Source: an uncultured bacterium (GTDB lineage Bacteria > Patescibacteriota > Gracilibacteria > UBA1369 > PNNO01). From it: a DNA stretch of 32,000 nt. Where the stretch lies: NCBI GenBank assembly GCA_963704705.1, contig OY969931.1, forward strand, positions 60,001 through 92,000. Direction: 5' to 3'. The position numbers were made by a program, and so were the translations under genes. This document shows, one piece after another, positions 18,247-26,180 of this stretch; position 1 is the stretch's first letter; every line of letters starts with the position of its first letter. Below the pieces are notes generated by a model. That model worked only from the letters and a program-made list of their open reading frames with translations. It made no database searches and was not told where the DNA came from.

Positions 18247-18331
18247 AAAGGTTTTATTGTAAAACCACTTGCCAAAATAGACAAATTAGTGTAAATTTAT
18301 TTCCAATTAATCATAATGACTCAAATTAATC

Positions 18332-18841
18332 ATGTCAACTCAAGCTCAGAAAACATTTAATTTAAGCCGTAAAGAGGCCGCAGATATAATGAAGGTGTCT
18401 ACCCGCACTCTGGACCGCTATATTAAGTCAAAAAAGCTGTCTAGTAAGAGTATTGCTGGCAGAATTATGTTGAGCAGTGATGAAATTGCAGGCATTGGGA
18501 ATAAACGTCCTCACAGAAAAGTAAGTAAAAGTACGGGTCAGAAAAAAGTTTATGAAATCAACACGTCTAATATTGAAACTAACGATACCGAAGAAAAAGT
18601 GTATAGAAAATTATATGAAGAATTAAAAATGGAAGTTAAAATATTTCAGCAAAGACTTGAAGGTGCGAATTATAGAGTCGGGCAATTGGAATCTCAGGTA
18701 AAAGCATCAGTACCATTACTTGATCACCAAAAAGTCCTTACAGAAGCTAAAAAAGATAAGTACAACAAAAAAGTCCTTTATATAATATTGGGGATTATAT
18801 TGGTTCTTCAGCCTTTATGGCTTATTTTGGCCTATTTTTAA
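18332..18841 (+). CDS. Membrane-anchored MerR/excisionase-like HTH protein
   Basis: 169 aa; N-terminal 'LSRKEAADIMKVSTRTLDRYIKSKKLSSKSIAGRIMLSSDEI' HTH-like, coiled-coil-like middle, C-terminal hydrophobic 'KKVLYIILGIILVLQPLWLILAYF'. Confidence 0.7.
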   Translation: MSTQAQKTFNLSRKEAADIMKVSTRTLDRYIKSKKLSSKSIAGRIMLSSDEIAGIGNKRPHRKVSKSTGQKKVYEINTSNIETNDTEEKVYRKLYEELKMEVKIFQQRLEGANYRVGQLESQVKASVPLLDHQKVLTEAKKDKYNKKVLYIILGIILVLQPLWLILAYF

Positions 18842-19491
18842 ACCTTTTTCATTTTAATCAACTCTCTTTTTTCAAGAGTATAATTGAAGTTTTCAATTGA
18901 AGCTTTCATTTTATCCAGAAGGCCATATGAACTTTCAAGCGCCTGTTTTAATGAATTGCCATCACCTATAGCAGCAAAAGTATAAGGTGGTATTAAAATT
19001 GCGCCATTTACCATAATTTGACCATTAGGAAGCGTATCAAAACCAATACTTGAATCTGTAAGACGAATATTGTTGATGCTTATTGCCTCGGCACCTGAAG
19101 CAAAAAGTTCATTTACGATATCAGTAAACCAAATATCTTTAATTACGTTGTTAATCTCAAAAACAATTCCGGAACCCGATACATCAACTTCACCTGCAAT
19201 TATTTTGTTTTTAGTGATTTCTTTTTCAATCGATTTAAGCGCTTCCGCCTTTGTAGAAACTTCTTCCAGCTGCATTTCAAGTGACGTTATTTCATCTTTT
19301 AATTCATCATTTGATGTTTTTAGAATTTGAATTTTTCTGAAAACATTTTCAGTTGAATCACGTCCTACAGATGCAACATAATTAGTGAAATATTTAGACT
19401 GGGTTATCACGAGTGCACCAAGAATAATACCTGTTATTAACATTAGAATCATTTGTGTTGTTTTATCTGTTAATTTAAATTTCCTGTTCAT
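18838..19491 (-). CDS. DUF881-family protein (YlxW/YlxX-like)
   Basis: 217 aa; N-terminal TM, coiled-coil, then 'GSGIVFEINNVIKDIWFTDIVNELFASGAEAISINNIRLTDSSIGFDTLPNGQIMVNGAILIPPYTFAAIGDGNSLKQAL'. Confidence 0.85.
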   Translation of the reverse strand: MNRKFKLTDKTTQMILMLITGIILGALVITQSKYFTNYVASVGRDSTENVFRKIQILKTSNDELKDEITSLEMQLEEVSTKAEALKSIEKEITKNKIIAGEVDVSGSGIVFEINNVIKDIWFTDIVNELFASGAEAISINNIRLTDSSIGFDTLPNGQIMVNGAILIPPYTFAAIGDGNSLKQALESSYGLLDKMKASIENFNYTLEKRELIKMKKV

Positions 19492-20203
19492 CTAATGGAT
19501 TTAAATAATTAAGTCTGAATTGGCCGTTGTAAACCGGTAAAACAACGTATGGCGATTCTTCGGTTGAAAATTGGATTCCGTTTTCTTTTACTCTTTTTTG
19601 CAGATCAGGCAGAACAGTCGGATCAGAAAGCCTTATTAAGAAAGAAGGATAATCACCGATAGCTGAAATAGTAAATGGGGGCGCGAGATTTGAGTTATTA
19701 ACCAAAATAGTATTGCCAACCGAAGTTATTGAACTGGTGGCTATTAACCTTTGTTCGTTAATTGAAATTCCCTCAACACTGTTTGCGCGCAGAAGATTAA
19801 CGATATCGCGGATATCAGCAGCGTATACAATTCCTTCTTCTTCTTCGGTGATATTTTCACGATCAATATATGGGCTGTCATTTAAATGGATTATATATCC
19901 CGGACCTTTAAGTTCTGTTAATCCTATTTCTTTTTTTAATGAATTTAATATTTCGAGATTGCTGGTTTGACTAACCAAAGCGTTTTGTTCGAGGCTTTTA
20001 TCGATTTTTTCACGAAGCGTAGTGATTCTGCTTTTTAAAGAGGCTTCATCATCAATATAGCTCTTAATTAGTTCTTTTTGAGCTTCAATTTGGTCAATTG
20101 CATATGAGCTTCCGATGGGCACAATTGTTCTGAACTGAGCCATAACAAGCACGCCAACAAATATGCCTGCAACAATCGAAATCAGTTTTAGTGAATATTT
20201 CAT
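19475..20203 (-). CDS. DUF881-family protein (YlxW/YlxX-like)
   Basis: 'GPGYIIHLNDSPYIDRE...VYAADIRDIVNLLRANSVEGISINEQRLIATSSITSVGNTILVNNSNLAPPFTISAIGD'. ORF track runs to 20290; the likely start is the internal ATG at 20203 (MKYSLKLISIVAGIF). Confidence 0.87.
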   Translation of the reverse strand: MKYSLKLISIVAGIFVGVLVMAQFRTIVPIGSSYAIDQIEAQKELIKSYIDDEASLKSRITTLREKIDKSLEQNALVSQTSNLEILNSLKKEIGLTELKGPGYIIHLNDSPYIDRENITEEEEGIVYAADIRDIVNLLRANSVEGISINEQRLIATSSITSVGNTILVNNSNLAPPFTISAIGDYPSFLIRLSDPTVLPDLQKRVKENGIQFSTEESPYVVLPVYNGQFRLNYLNPLDEQEI

Positions 20204-20310
20204 AACACAAAGTAGCTTTATACAACGGTATTCTACAAAAATAAAGATGTAATGTCTATGCTGTATTGACATTATAAATAATGGATTCATAATTTTTATA
20301 TAGAAATAAT

Positions 20311-20709
20311 ATGAAAAATATGCAATTAGGCATGAACAGAAATACGCAAGAGCTTGTCAGGGGTATTAAAGATCCTGATGATGTGTTGGAGCGAAAAATG
20401 CAAAAGTACGAGGAGGATTTACCTCTTATTGTAAGTGCAGATATTTTTGCTAAAGGCGCAAAACAATCACGCTTGGAAGTATTAAAAAGCAAGTTGGATA
20501 GATTAGCTCAGGAAGTAAGGGAAGAACAACGTAAAATCAGAGAAAAAATAAACGAAACCATTGACAGCCTTTCGTTAGAAGAACTCGCCAACACATTGGA
20601 ATCGGATGATGTTAGTGAAGTTCGCGAAAGAAGATTAATACTTATTCAGCACAGAATAGTGACTTTACGAAAAGAGATACAAGATGCAGTGTCAAGCTTA
20701 ATTGACTAA
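20311..20709 (+). CDS. Hypothetical coiled-coil protein
   Basis: 132 aa, highly charged and helical; no recognised family. Confidence 0.6.
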   Translation: MKNMQLGMNRNTQELVRGIKDPDDVLERKMQKYEEDLPLIVSADIFAKGAKQSRLEVLKSKLDRLAQEVREEQRKIREKINETIDSLSLEELANTLESDDVSEVRERRLILIQHRIVTLRKEIQDAVSSLID

Positions 20710-20734
20710 TTAATAAAGATTAATCTATTTAAAT

Positions 20735-21244
20735 ATGAAGGAAAATAAAGAAGCAGTAGAAATTCGCGATGCCTTATCGGAATTAAGAAAACTTGAAACC
20801 GAATTACAGCAGGCAGTTTCAAATGTAGCAACAATTACAGTTGTAACCTGGAATGAGATGGTCAATTTTAGGTCAGGATCTAAAAATACAAAAAAAAATG
20901 TGAAAGAGATAGATGATTTAAGAACCCGAACTGCTGAAATTTACTCGTCTTTATCTCTATTACTCGAAAAAGTTAAAGCAGGATTAAAAAATGAAGGAAC
21001 GGAAAATGGCATAGCTATTGATGCAATAAATAATTTGCCTGAATTGCTTGAAAAATTATTAAAAGAAGCCGGCGATTTAAGATTACACTTGTCAATGATC
21101 CAAAATTCATTAGAAAAAGTCAGATGCCCAGCTAGAATTATCAGAAGAAAACTTGCTCAGGTATTATTAATGCCAACTGTTGGCACTGATGATTTGATTC
21201 TTCAAATTAGTAGCTCCACACAAAGTGATTTGAATGATAAATAA
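20735..21244 (+). CDS. Hypothetical coiled-coil protein
   Basis: 169 aa, helical heptad-like composition, same strand and just downstream of 20311-20709. Confidence 0.6.
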   Translation: MKENKEAVEIRDALSELRKLETELQQAVSNVATITVVTWNEMVNFRSGSKNTKKNVKEIDDLRTRTAEIYSSLSLLLEKVKAGLKNEGTENGIAIDAINNLPELLEKLLKEAGDLRLHLSMIQNSLEKVRCPARIIRRKLAQVLLMPTVGTDDLILQISSSTQSDLNDK

Positions 21245-21322
21245 GATGATCGGAAAGATTTTGAAATCCCCTTTCATTCCAAAGCAATTAAAGGTTAAAT
21301 ATTAAAGTACTAATTTGTTGTT

Positions 21323-22120
21323 ATGATTGGTGTTTTTGATTCAGGTTATGGCGGACTTACAGTGCTAAAACCTTTTTTGGAAAAGCTGCCACAATACGAT
21401 TATATGTATCTCGGTGATAATGCGCGAACCCCTTATGGACCGCGTGGCGCTGAAACAGTACAAAAATACAGCGAAGAAGCTGTTGAATTTTTGTTTGAAA
21501 AAGGTGCAAACTTGGTTATTATTGCGTGCAATACCGCCTCAGCGCTTGCTTTACGCCATTTACAACAAAAATATCCTGATAAAAAAATTCTGGGTGTAAT
21601 TTTTCCATTGGTTGAAAAAGCAGTTGAATCTACCAACAACAAAAAAATTGCAATGGTCGGAACAAAAGGTACGGTCAATTCAAAAGCTTACGATAAAGAA
21701 ATCGAAAAGTTGGACCCTGAAATTAAGGTTTTTAGCAGGGCATGCCCTTTGCTTGTGCCAATAATCGAAGAGCATTGGCATCATAAACCAGAAGCCTTAA
21801 GCATTCTTAAAAAATATTTAAAGCCCATAAAATCATATAATTGCGATACGCTTATTCTTGCGTGCACACATTATCCTTTAATGTATAAGCATTTTAAAAG
21901 GTACATGGGCAAAAAAGTTCAGGTGCTTGATTCAGGGAATGTTGTTGCCGATAGTTTGGCAGATTATTTAAATCGTCATCCAGAAGTTGAAAAGCAGCTT
22001 ACACGAAAAGGAGAACGACATTATTTAACTACTGACTGCCCTGAAACATTTAAAAATTTTGCAAATCAAGAACTTAAGCTTAATATAAAAGAAGTTCAAA
22101 CCGTTAAGTTATGGGCCTAA
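21323..22120 (+). CDS. murI: Glutamate racemase
   Basis: 265 aa; 'IGVFDSGYGGLTVLKPF', 'YLGDNARTPYGPRG', 'VIACNTASALAL', 'LILACTHYPLM'. Confidence 0.95.
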   Translation: MIGVFDSGYGGLTVLKPFLEKLPQYDYMYLGDNARTPYGPRGAETVQKYSEEAVEFLFEKGANLVIIACNTASALALRHLQQKYPDKKILGVIFPLVEKAVESTNNKKIAMVGTKGTVNSKAYDKEIEKLDPEIKVFSRACPLLVPIIEEHWHHKPEALSILKKYLKPIKSYNCDTLILACTHYPLMYKHFKRYMGKKVQVLDSGNVVADSLADYLNRHPEVEKQLTRKGERHYLTTDCPETFKNFANQELKLNIKEVQTVKLWA

Positions 22121-23283
22121 AAAAAGCAAAAAAAATCGCGATCCTCGGCATGCTGGCAATTGCTGTATCGTTCTTTTTTGATGAATATATTTTTACGTTT
22201 TTTGAATATATTCAAAACGACATTCTTACTGTTTTAATGAATTTTGTTACCGACTTTGGATTTTTGTTTTTAATGGGCATAATCGGCGCTGTCGCACTTT
22301 GGCGAAAAAAATACAGACTATTAATGTTTATGGTTATTTGCTCCCTGATTGCTTTTGAGAGCGCTTTTTTATTAAAATTAATTTTTCAGGTTCCGCGTCC
22401 TTATGTGCTTGGTTATGAACAACCCATGTTTTTGGCTAGTGGATACGCTTTTCCAAGCATACATGCCGCATTTATTTATTCTTTGATTCCTTTTCAGAAA
22501 GTTTTATTTAATAAAAAACGAAACCTTATTTTAATTTATATAGTGATGATCGCTGTTGTATTTAGCAGGGTTTATCTTGGAGTTCATTCAATTAGTGATA
22601 TTATTGCGGGTATTGTTGTTGGATATATTGCAACTTACACATTCTTGGGAGCTGAGCAGAAGTACGGACTCATTGAATGGTTTAAGTCACGTGTAACTGA
22701 CAAATTTGAATTAAGAAGGCAGTCTGCCCATTTGTTTATTGGTTTATCAATAGTTTTTTTACTTAAACTCCAGCTTTTGAATACCCAGATTTTATTTATT
22801 ATTACTGTGGTTGGGGGAATTTTAGTTTTAATTGCACGTAAAGTGCGTCTGCCTTATGTCCATGATGTTTTGGAATATTTTGAAAGACCCCATCACATTG
22901 CGCGATTTCCTGGGCGCGGATCATTTTTTATGATTCTGGGAGCTGCATTAAGTACTTTGATTTTTGAAAAGGATGTAGCAATGGCAGCTATTATTATTAT
23001 GGCCGTAGGCGACAGTGTAACCAATATAATCGGTAAACATTTTGGGAAAATAAAGAATCCATTTAATGCAAAAAAGAATATAGAAGGAACTTTTTGGGGA
23101 ATTATTACTGCGACATTGGGAGCATTGTTGTTTGTACCGTTTTGGCCTGCATTCTGGGCGTCAACAATAGCAATGCTTATCGAGTCTTTAGATTTGGGAT
23201 GGAAAAAAAGAAGTATAGAACTTGACGACAATACGCTAATTCCTCTTGTTGCGGGCGCGATAATGACAATCTATTTACTCTAA
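22111..23283 (+). CDS. Fusion: PAP2-family lipid phosphatase plus CTP-dependent polyprenol/dolichol/phytol kinase-like domain
   Basis: 390 aa; PAP2 motifs 'KLIFQVPRP' (Kx6RP), 'PSIHA', 'SRVYLGVHSISD' (SRx5Hx3D), then 'FELRRQSAHLFIGL' and 'MAVGDSVTNIIGKHFGK...NAKKNIEGTFWGI' typical of the SEC59/VTE5-like kinase family. Confidence 0.82.
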   Translation: MGLKKAKKIAILGMLAIAVSFFFDEYIFTFFEYIQNDILTVLMNFVTDFGFLFLMGIIGAVALWRKKYRLLMFMVICSLIAFESAFLLKLIFQVPRPYVLGYEQPMFLASGYAFPSIHAAFIYSLIPFQKVLFNKKRNLILIYIVMIAVVFSRVYLGVHSISDIIAGIVVGYIATYTFLGAEQKYGLIEWFKSRVTDKFELRRQSAHLFIGLSIVFLLKLQLLNTQILFIITVVGGILVLIARKVRLPYVHDVLEYFERPHHIARFPGRGSFFMILGAALSTLIFEKDVAMAAIIIMAVGDSVTNIIGKHFGKIKNPFNAKKNIEGTFWGIITATLGALLFVPFWPAFWASTIAMLIESLDLGWKKRSIELDDNTLIPLVAGAIMTIYLL

Positions 23284-25098
23284 TTACTCCCACTCAATTG
23301 TTCCTGGGGGCTTATTAGTTAAATCATAAAAGACCCCGCTTATTTCAGGCATTTCTCTGAATCCATCAACAAGTTCGTCTACCCATTTCCATTCCATCGG
23401 GTAAAAATTCGCAGTCATTGCTTCTTCTGATTGAATCGGTCTTAAAACAATACATTCGCCTTCTTCGCTGTTTAGGCTAAGTGGCAGAAGTACAGTAGGA
23501 AACTGCCAAATCTCCTTATACATTTTGTGATATTTGATGAACTGCGTAACCCTGTAATCAGCTTTTTGTAAAACCTCAATTCTGTCGCGACTTATATAGC
23601 CGGGTTTAATTTCTACATCAATAATTCCACGTGGATCTAATAGAAGTAAAACGCGATTTATTGTATTAAATCTGTTTGTTATGTCAGTTGATATTTCCCC
23701 GAGTTTTTCCCAATTTCGCTTTGCATCCTTATGCATTTTTATGGCAAACGGATGCCTGTAAGTCCTCGCATCTCCCTGAACTCCCACACTTTTTATAGGC
23801 AGAATTTTGCCCATAACATCATATTTTTTTGTTAAATAATCATTAATTTCACGTTCGAGCTTTTCATGATTTTCAGGATAGTCTTCAGCTTGAGCACAAA
23901 GGCATCTAACTCCAAGCCCCGGGCCAGGAAAAGGATGTCTGTCCACAATATCATCAGGGATTCCGAGTTGTCTGCCAACTTCACGAACCTCGTCTTTATA
24001 AAGTTGGGTAAGCGGCTCAATAACCTTGCCCGCTTCAATTAATTTTTGAATTTGTTCAACACGGTTATGATGCGTTTTAATTTTATCTGAATGTTTTGTT
24101 CCGCCGGTTTCAATTGTGTCAGGGTAGATTGTCCCCTGTCCGAGCAGCCATTCATCAGGATTTAAATTCAGGTCAGTAATTGCCTTTTTTTGTACTTCAA
24201 TAAAAGTGTCGCCGATTATCTGGCGCTTTTGCTCAGGTTCATAAACATTTTCAAGCTTTGTATAAAATTCATCGGAAGCATAATAGTAATGTACATTTTC
24301 AATACCAGCTTTTTTATAGGCTTCTTCGACTTCTTCTTTTTCAAGTTGTCTAATTAAACCAGTATCAACAAAAAGCCCATAAGTGTTTTCAGGCCCAATT
24401 GCATTTTGAATAAGTTTGTAAGCAACAGTTGAATCAACACCTCCGCTAATAAGCATAAAAACTTTGTTTTTAGAGACCTTATTTTTTATCTGATTGATTT
24501 CGTGCTCAACAAATCTTTTCAAATCCCAATCTCTGTTTGCACCCGTAATCTTCACAAAATTTTCCAAAATAGTCATACCATGCGGTGTGTGTGTTACCTC
24601 CGGATGAAACTGTACACCGTAAATTTTAAGCTCATTATCAGCGATTGCAGCAAATTTACAATCAGAACTAGAACCAACAATTTCCATGCCATCCGGAAGC
24701 TCTTTAACCTCATCACCATGGCTCATCCACACGGTTTCGTCGTCCATCAGGTCTTCAAAAATCCCCACTTTTTTATCAAAATGAACATTCGCCAATCCGT
24801 ATTCTTTAACCTCGCCCTGGGCAACCTTTCCTCCCCTTTTATAAACCATTAATTGCAATCCATAACAAATTCCTAAAACAGGTATGCCAAGGTAAAAAAT
24901 TTGCGGATCACAAGTCGGAGCCCCTTCTTCATATACACTTTTTGGACCACCGCTCATTACAATGCCTTTGTATTCTTTAAGTTGATCAGCCGGAGTATCC
25001 GAATCCAATATTTCAGTGTAAACATTAAGCCTTCTTATTCTATTTGCAATGAGATGTGCATACTGCCCGCCAAAGTCTAAAACCGCGATTTTGTCCAT
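23284..25098 (-). CDS. guaA: GMP synthase (glutamine-hydrolysing)
   Basis: 'MDKIAVLDFGGQYAHLIANRIRRL', 'GIPVLGICYGLQLM', 'YGVQFHPEVTHT', 'MLISGGVDSTVAYKLI', 'HPFPGPGLGVRCLC'. ORF track runs to 25122; start MDKIAV at 25098. Confidence 0.95.
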   Translation of the reverse strand: MDKIAVLDFGGQYAHLIANRIRRLNVYTEILDSDTPADQLKEYKGIVMSGGPKSVYEEGAPTCDPQIFYLGIPVLGICYGLQLMVYKRGGKVAQGEVKEYGLANVHFDKKVGIFEDLMDDETVWMSHGDEVKELPDGMEIVGSSSDCKFAAIADNELKIYGVQFHPEVTHTPHGMTILENFVKITGANRDWDLKRFVEHEINQIKNKVSKNKVFMLISGGVDSTVAYKLIQNAIGPENTYGLFVDTGLIRQLEKEEVEEAYKKAGIENVHYYYASDEFYTKLENVYEPEQKRQIIGDTFIEVQKKAITDLNLNPDEWLLGQGTIYPDTIETGGTKHSDKIKTHHNRVEQIQKLIEAGKVIEPLTQLYKDEVREVGRQLGIPDDIVDRHPFPGPGLGVRCLCAQAEDYPENHEKLEREINDYLTKKYDVMGKILPIKSVGVQGDARTYRHPFAIKMHKDAKRNWEKLGEISTDITNRFNTINRVLLLLDPRGIIDVEIKPGYISRDRIEVLQKADYRVTQFIKYHKMYKEIWQFPTVLLPLSLNSEEGECIVLRPIQSEEAMTANFYPMEWKWVDELVDGFREMPEISGVFYDLTNKPPGTIEWE

Positions 25099-25166
25099 TT
25101 TATAAATTTTGAAATAAATCAATTATGTTATATCATACTTTTAAAGTAACTTTTAACGTATTTTCT

Positions 25167-25409
25167 ATGTGCAACATTAAGAATCCATTTTTGCGACTTC
25201 TTATTTATGGGTTAGGAGCTGCTATTGTTGGAATTGTTGGGGGTTTCGTGTTGGGACTTGGAATTTGGGGACTACAATCAATAGTTTGTTTAATTGATGG
25301 GAATGCCAATTGTAGCGGTATGATAAATGCTGCCACTTTTATGGGAAGCGGCGCAGGTGCTGTTATTGGTGCTGTTTTTGGAGGAATTACTGCTTTGAAG
25401 AAAAAATAA
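25167..25409 (+). CDS. Small Gly-rich membrane protein, hypothetical
   Basis: Internal ATG (MCNIKNPFLRLLIYGLGAAIVGIVGGFVLGLGIWGL...GSGAGAVIGAVFGGITALKKK); two hydrophobic glycine-zipper-like segments. Longer ORF starts at 25125. Confidence 0.55.
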   Translation: MCNIKNPFLRLLIYGLGAAIVGIVGGFVLGLGIWGLQSIVCLIDGNANCSGMINAATFMGSGAGAVIGAVFGGITALKKK

Positions 25410-25427
25410 ATCACTTAGTGATCTTGG

Positions 25428-25458
25428 ATCACTCGGTAATCCTACATTACCGAGTGAT
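25428..25458 (+). repeat. 13-bp perfect inverted repeat with 5-nt loop, followed by a T-run (REP-like hairpin / possible terminator)
   Basis: ATCACTCGGTAAT-CCTAC-ATTACCGAGTGAT then TTTTTT (T-run to 25464). Confidence 0.9.
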
Positions 25459-25510
25459 TTTTTTATATTTATTTAATAAAAATTTAATTTTTTTATGCAA
25501 AAATGTCCTC

Positions 25511-25933
25511 ATGAGAAAACCATCATTGAAGACAAATACGGCTTACCACATTTATAATCGAGGTGTTTCAAAAATGAAAATTTTTAAATCAGATGCAGAT
25601 TATAAATATTTTCTATACATTCTCTCGAAGTATAAGAAAAAATATGAAATTGAAGTTATTACTGCCTGCCCGATGCCAAATCACTTCCATTTGTTGATAC
25701 GCTCGGAATTTGACTATAAAAAGATTCCAAAATTTATGAAAGATTTGCAGGTCTCTTACTCTTGTTATTTTAATCGTACCTATAGACATAAAGGGCATGT
25801 CTTCGAGGGATCATATAGGCATAAAGAGATAAATTCTATCGAATATTTAGCGCAAATTATTGACTATATAGCACAAAATCCTGTGAAAGATAGACTAGTA
25901 AAAAAATCACAGGATTGGCCCTACTTAATATAA
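25511..25933 (+). CDS. REP-associated tyrosine transposase (Y1_Tnp / IS200-like HUH)
   Basis: 'MRKPSLKTNTAYHIYNRGVSKMKIFKSDADYKYFLYIL...CPMPNHFHLLIRSE...FMKDLQVSYSCYFNRTYRHKGHVFEGSYRHKEI...YLAQIIDYIAQNPVK'; HUH motif HFH. ORF track start 25418 lies inside the hairpin; ATG 25511 is more plausible. Confidence 0.9.
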   Translation: MRKPSLKTNTAYHIYNRGVSKMKIFKSDADYKYFLYILSKYKKKYEIEVITACPMPNHFHLLIRSEFDYKKIPKFMKDLQVSYSCYFNRTYRHKGHVFEGSYRHKEINSIEYLAQIIDYIAQNPVKDRLVKKSQDWPYLI

Positions 25934-26180
25934 ATCACTTAGTGATCGTTAATCACCGAGTGATCGTTAATCACCGAGTGATCGTTAATCACCGAGTGAT
26001 CCGCAATCACCGAGTGATCCGCAATCACCGAGTGATCCGCAATCACCGAGTGATCCGCAATCACCGAGTGATCCGCAATCACCGAGTGATCCGCAATCAC
26101 CGAGTGATCCGCAATCACCGAGTGATCCGCAATCACCGAGTGATCCGCAATCACCGAGTGATCCGCAATCACTTAGTGAT
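25933..26180. repeat. Tandem array: 13 x 18-bp partly palindromic units plus a 14-nt terminal partial unit
   Basis: Units AATCAC[CGA or TTA]GTGATC[GTT or CGC] begin at 25933 + 18k. Unit 1 and the terminal unit have loop TTA; units 2-13 have loop CGA. Units 1-3 end in CGTT, units 4-13 in CCGC. Confidence 0.97.

Larger units (their letters stand above)
25406..26180 (+). mobile_element. Y1 (HUH) transposase of REP-associated/IS200-like type with flanking palindromic elements and repeat array
   Basis: Shared 18-nt sequence ATAAATCACTTAGTGATC at 25406-25423 and 25930-25947; hairpin at 25428-25458; HUH transposase ORF; 18-bp array to 26180. Boundaries inferred. Confidence 0.65.

Noticed and set aside
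24502-24852. 116-aa + strand ORF inside guaA
   Set aside because: It is antisense to conserved GMP synthase motifs; no evidence of coding.
25418-25510. N-terminal extension of the transposase (MILDHSVILHYRVIFLYLFNKN...)
   Set aside because: It would be translated from the left-end hairpin and T-run. Family homology begins at MRKPSLKTNTAYHIYNRG (ATG 25511).
25939-26172. ORF encoding (ADHSVI)n on the - strand
   Set aside because: Same reason: a repeat-driven open frame across the array, with no coding support.
25933-26180. CRISPR-like periodic repeats
   Set aside because: Period is 18 bp with 4-nt invariant spacers and no unique spacer sequences, and there are no cas genes nearby. This is a tandem palindrome array, not CRISPR.
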